64,000 nucleotides of DNA from an uncultured delta proteobacterium. Lineage in GTDB: Bacteria; Desulfobacterota; Syntrophobacteria; Syntrophobacterales; Syntrophobacteraceae. Position numbers and translations under genes: made by a program. The stretch lies in assembly GCA_963808625.1 (NCBI GenBank), contig CAWEHK010000035.1:1-64000 (forward strand), written 5' to 3'. This document shows positions 61,320-64,000 of this stretch, in pieces. Under the pieces are notes generated by a model. The model searched no databases, was not told the DNA's origin, and worked only from the letters and a program-made list of their open reading frames with translations. Position 1 is the stretch's first letter, and each line of letters opens with the position of its first letter.

Positions 61320-62777
61320 TCACTCCTGCCGATCGCAAGCCCTTCCTTTTAGTTGGAAAAACAGTCTGAGCCCTTTGCGCACCTTCTCCGAGAAGAGCTT
61401 GGGGGCAAGGTATTTGCCCGCGATTCGTTTGTTGATTTCCGCAAGCGTTGGATAGGGGTGCACGGCAGCGGCCAGGGTGGCGAGTTTTACCCTGCCGTTC
61501 AGGACTGCCACCCATTCGGCAAGAAGGTCTCCGGCGTGTGCTCCCAGAATCTGGATGCCGATCGGATTTTCGTGCTCATCCAGGAGCATTTTGATTTTGC
61601 CGGTCGGATCGCCGTCCGCCAGGCTGCGGTCGTTGTTCTGGAACTCTTCGGCCCATACGGAGTAACGTATTCCCGCCAGCCTGGCCTGTTTTTCATTCAT
61701 GCCGATGCTGCCTAGAGCGGGGTCTGTGTAGGTGCACCACGGCAAATAGGAATAGTCGGCCCGGCGCGGGAGGTGGAAAACGGCGTTGCTGAGCACAATT
61801 CCCCCTTCGTAGCCGGCGGCATGGGTGAATTGATAACCGCCGTTGACATCCCCGATCGCATAGATGTGTTTCTGACTGGTGCGCAAACGGGAGTCTACCT
61901 TAACCCCCATCCGGTCGCATGCCACGCCGATGCTTTCGAGTCCAAGGCCGGCGGTATTGGGTGATCTTCCCAGGGCCATCAGGATGGTTTCCGCCTCAAG
62001 CGTGAGAGCTCTACCTTCGTTATCGATAATCGAGACGGCGCGGCAGTGGCCATGGTCTTGAACGGCTTCGATTCTGGCCCCCAGATAGAACTTTACCCCT
62101 TCAGCGTGCAAACGTTCCCTCACCAGATCGGCCATATCCCGGTCCTCTTTCACGAGAATCTGCGGGGCCAGGTCGATCACGTGGATCTCCGACCCGAGAC
62201 GACAAAAGCTCTGGGCCATTTCACAGCCGATGGGCCCGGCCCCCAGGATGATCATCGATTGCGGCAGGCGATCGAGGTAGAAGATTTCCCGGTTGGTCAC
62301 GAAGGGCGTGAAATCGAGACCTTTTATCGGGGGGATGGCCGGGGATGATCCGGTCGCAAGCACCCAGCGTCTCGCCGCGTAGATCGTACCGTTGAGGCGC
62401 ACCGCGTGGTCATCAATAAAGGTCGGGGAGCCGAATAGCACCCTCGCTCCGAGTCGACAGAACCGCTCCTCGGAGTCGTGCTGCTGGATGACGGCAATGA
62501 CCCCGCGGATGCGCTTGACAATTTGCTGAAAATCCACCGGTGCCGTGGTTGCAGGCGGAAGCCCGAAGCGCTCGGCGTGTTTGATGAGATGATAAAGATG
62601 AGCCGACCGGATAAGCGTCTTGCTGGGAACGCACCCGTAGTGCAGGCAATCTCCGCCAAGGTCTTTTTCTTTTTCGATGAGCAGAGTTTTCGCCCCCAGT
62701 TGGGCGGCCCCGGCGGCAACCGTCAAGCCCCCGGCGCCACCCCCGATGATCCCGAGATCGAACTCGTACGCAGCCAT
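61320..62777 (-). CDS. Class I flavoprotein disulfide reductase (Lpd/MerA-like)
   Basis: 'IGGGAGG','GGDCLHYGCVPSK','GAGPIGCE','HPYPTLAE'. Confidence 0.9.
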   Translation of the reverse strand: MAAYEFDLGIIGGGAGGLTVAAGAAQLGAKTLLIEKEKDLGGDCLHYGCVPSKTLIRSAHLYHLIKHAERFGLPPATTAPVDFQQIVKRIRGVIAVIQQHDSEERFCRLGARVLFGSPTFIDDHAVRLNGTIYAARRWVLATGSSPAIPPIKGLDFTPFVTNREIFYLDRLPQSMIILGAGPIGCEMAQSFCRLGSEIHVIDLAPQILVKEDRDMADLVRERLHAEGVKFYLGARIEAVQDHGHCRAVSIIDNEGRALTLEAETILMALGRSPNTAGLGLESIGVACDRMGVKVDSRLRTSQKHIYAIGDVNGGYQFTHAAGYEGGIVLSNAVFHLPRRADYSYLPWCTYTDPALGSIGMNEKQARLAGIRYSVWAEEFQNNDRSLADGDPTGKIKMLLDEHENPIGIQILGAHAGDLLAEWVAVLNGRVKLATLAAAVHPYPTLAEINKRIAGKYLAPKLFSEKVRKGLRLFFQLKGRACDRQE

Positions 62778-63036
62778 CGTTGCTCCTTTCTTTTGTTTTG
62801 GTGATGATCTCCGGTTGCGCTTACTGGCTAAAATCAGCTAATAATTCATCCCCGTAAAGGTTCGAATGTTTCATTCTCGCGCAAGCGCCGCAGAGGACGC
62901 AGAGACGCCTGCCAGAGGCCTTTCTCCGCGATCTCCGTGCCTCCGCGCGAAATTGAGAGTGAAAGTTCTCAAGCCAAACCAGTATAGCTGGAAAATGGCA
63001 GGCAGAGCTCAGAAGTCGGATTCAAAAAGAAAAGCG

Positions 63037-63495
63037 ATGCGACTGATGGAAATACAAAGTGACCTCAAGAAAGCGTACGAAGCCAGCGTAACCACCTCCT
63101 GGGCCATGATTGTGATCCTGGTGCTTTGCCCAATCGTGGTCGAGATCGTCAGGATGTTCAACGCGCCCTTCACGGGATTTGCCCCTCAGGCTGCAACGCG
63201 AATCAAAGACTTCGTCTACGGACTGGCAATCCTTTTGCCCCTCTGCATAAGGACGATACGAAAAGCAATACTGAAGCGGAGCCGTTTTTCAGACGGGGAG
63301 AATTTGACCGGCAAACTGCGAACGGCCTCAACCATCACGGTCTTGATTGCCGAAATGCCGGCGATTTTGGGGTTGGTGCTGTTTCTCATGGGTGGTTTCT
63401 ACCGCGAATTCTATATTGCTCTCGCCTATTCCGTGCTGGTGTTGGTCGCCTATTTTCCCCGCTACCGCCATTGGGAGAAGCCCTTTGCATTCTAG
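63037..63495 (+). CDS. Hypothetical four-TM membrane protein
   Basis: Hydrophobic helices; 'AEMPAILGLVLF..G','YFPR'. Confidence 0.6.
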   Translation: MRLMEIQSDLKKAYEASVTTSWAMIVILVLCPIVVEIVRMFNAPFTGFAPQAATRIKDFVYGLAILLPLCIRTIRKAILKRSRFSDGENLTGKLRTASTITVLIAEMPAILGLVLFLMGGFYREFYIALAYSVLVLVAYFPRYRHWEKPFAF

Positions 63496-63813
63496 CTTCT
63501 CGGCGATCGGCAAAGAAGGAAAATTTCGTCCCGGGGGATGGTGCAAGGTGTGGACCCTCAACGGTTTCTGCAAAAGTCCCCAGCAGAGTGCCATTCAAAA
63601 AGAAATGAATTTGCTTTACGCCTGGGATACTATGCTGTACGAGTCGCGTCTGAGTCACGCATGATCCGTGCGTAGAAGATGGCGGCAGAAGGAAGAGGGG
63701 TGCGGGTGAGGATAAATCGTTCGTGCCGGGTCCAATCTCCTCGGTTTTATGTGCACCAGTGGTTTGACCGTGTTTTGGGCGAGCGGGTAAGTTCGGGGAT
63801 ATGGGGGGAGTCG

Positions 63814-63996
63814 ATGAGCGAGAGGAATTATCGAAACGTGATCGGGTTAGCGTTGGCAGCATTGGTTTTATTCTGCTCCGGCTGTGCCAACACGGAATCC
63901 TTCAGGGGCTTCGCCGTGGGCCCACCGAGTGACTTCTATTGCACTGTGGATAACCGGTCACCATTCCCGCCCTATTGTCATCCCGATCACTGGTAA
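63814..63996 (+). CDS. Small putative lipoprotein
   Basis: RBS ggag; lipobox-like 'CSGC' after a hydrophobic stretch. Confidence 0.5.
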   Translation: MSERNYRNVIGLALAALVLFCSGCANTESFRGFAVGPPSDFYCTVDNRSPFPPYCHPDHW

Positions 63997-64000
63997 GGCA

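Noticed and set aside
61320..62777. merA / mercury-resistance locus
   Set aside because: No C-terminal Cys-Cys pair, no N-terminal metal-binding domain and no mer genes nearby; the HPYPTxxE motif is Lpd-like.

Overview
This looks like a chromosomal segment of a Deltaproteobacterium (Syntrophobacterales/Desulfobacterota-like). That assignment is inferred from gene content only. Many ordinary genes are split by single-base frameshifts, probably long-read assembly indels, so several calls join ORFs by eye. The backbone carries ABC/MacAB-TolC transport genes, cfa, nfi, nrdJ, a MscS channel, a heavy-metal-type two-component system, a PpiC-type PPIase, speE and a flavoprotein disulfide reductase, with dense intergenic REP/MITE-like and heptamer repeats. 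Three accessory regions stand out. (1) An ~11 kb island (5984-16857) lies between 761-bp imperfect direct repeats. It holds an AbiEii-type toxin pair, an unclassified IS and a TIR / MoxR / vWA / CHAT-hydrolase-TIR conflict operon that appears to have captured a duplicated host promoter. (2) An orphan GH19 lysozyme plus DUF4087 sit beside a degenerate attC-like site. (3) A mobile-element pile-up (50.5-61 kb) surrounds a tRNA-Ala 3' fragment. It includes the most unusual item: an IS21-family element whose IstA transposase is fused in frame to a DnaG-type primase (degenerate Zn-binding domain plus intact TOPRIM motifs), followed by istB.
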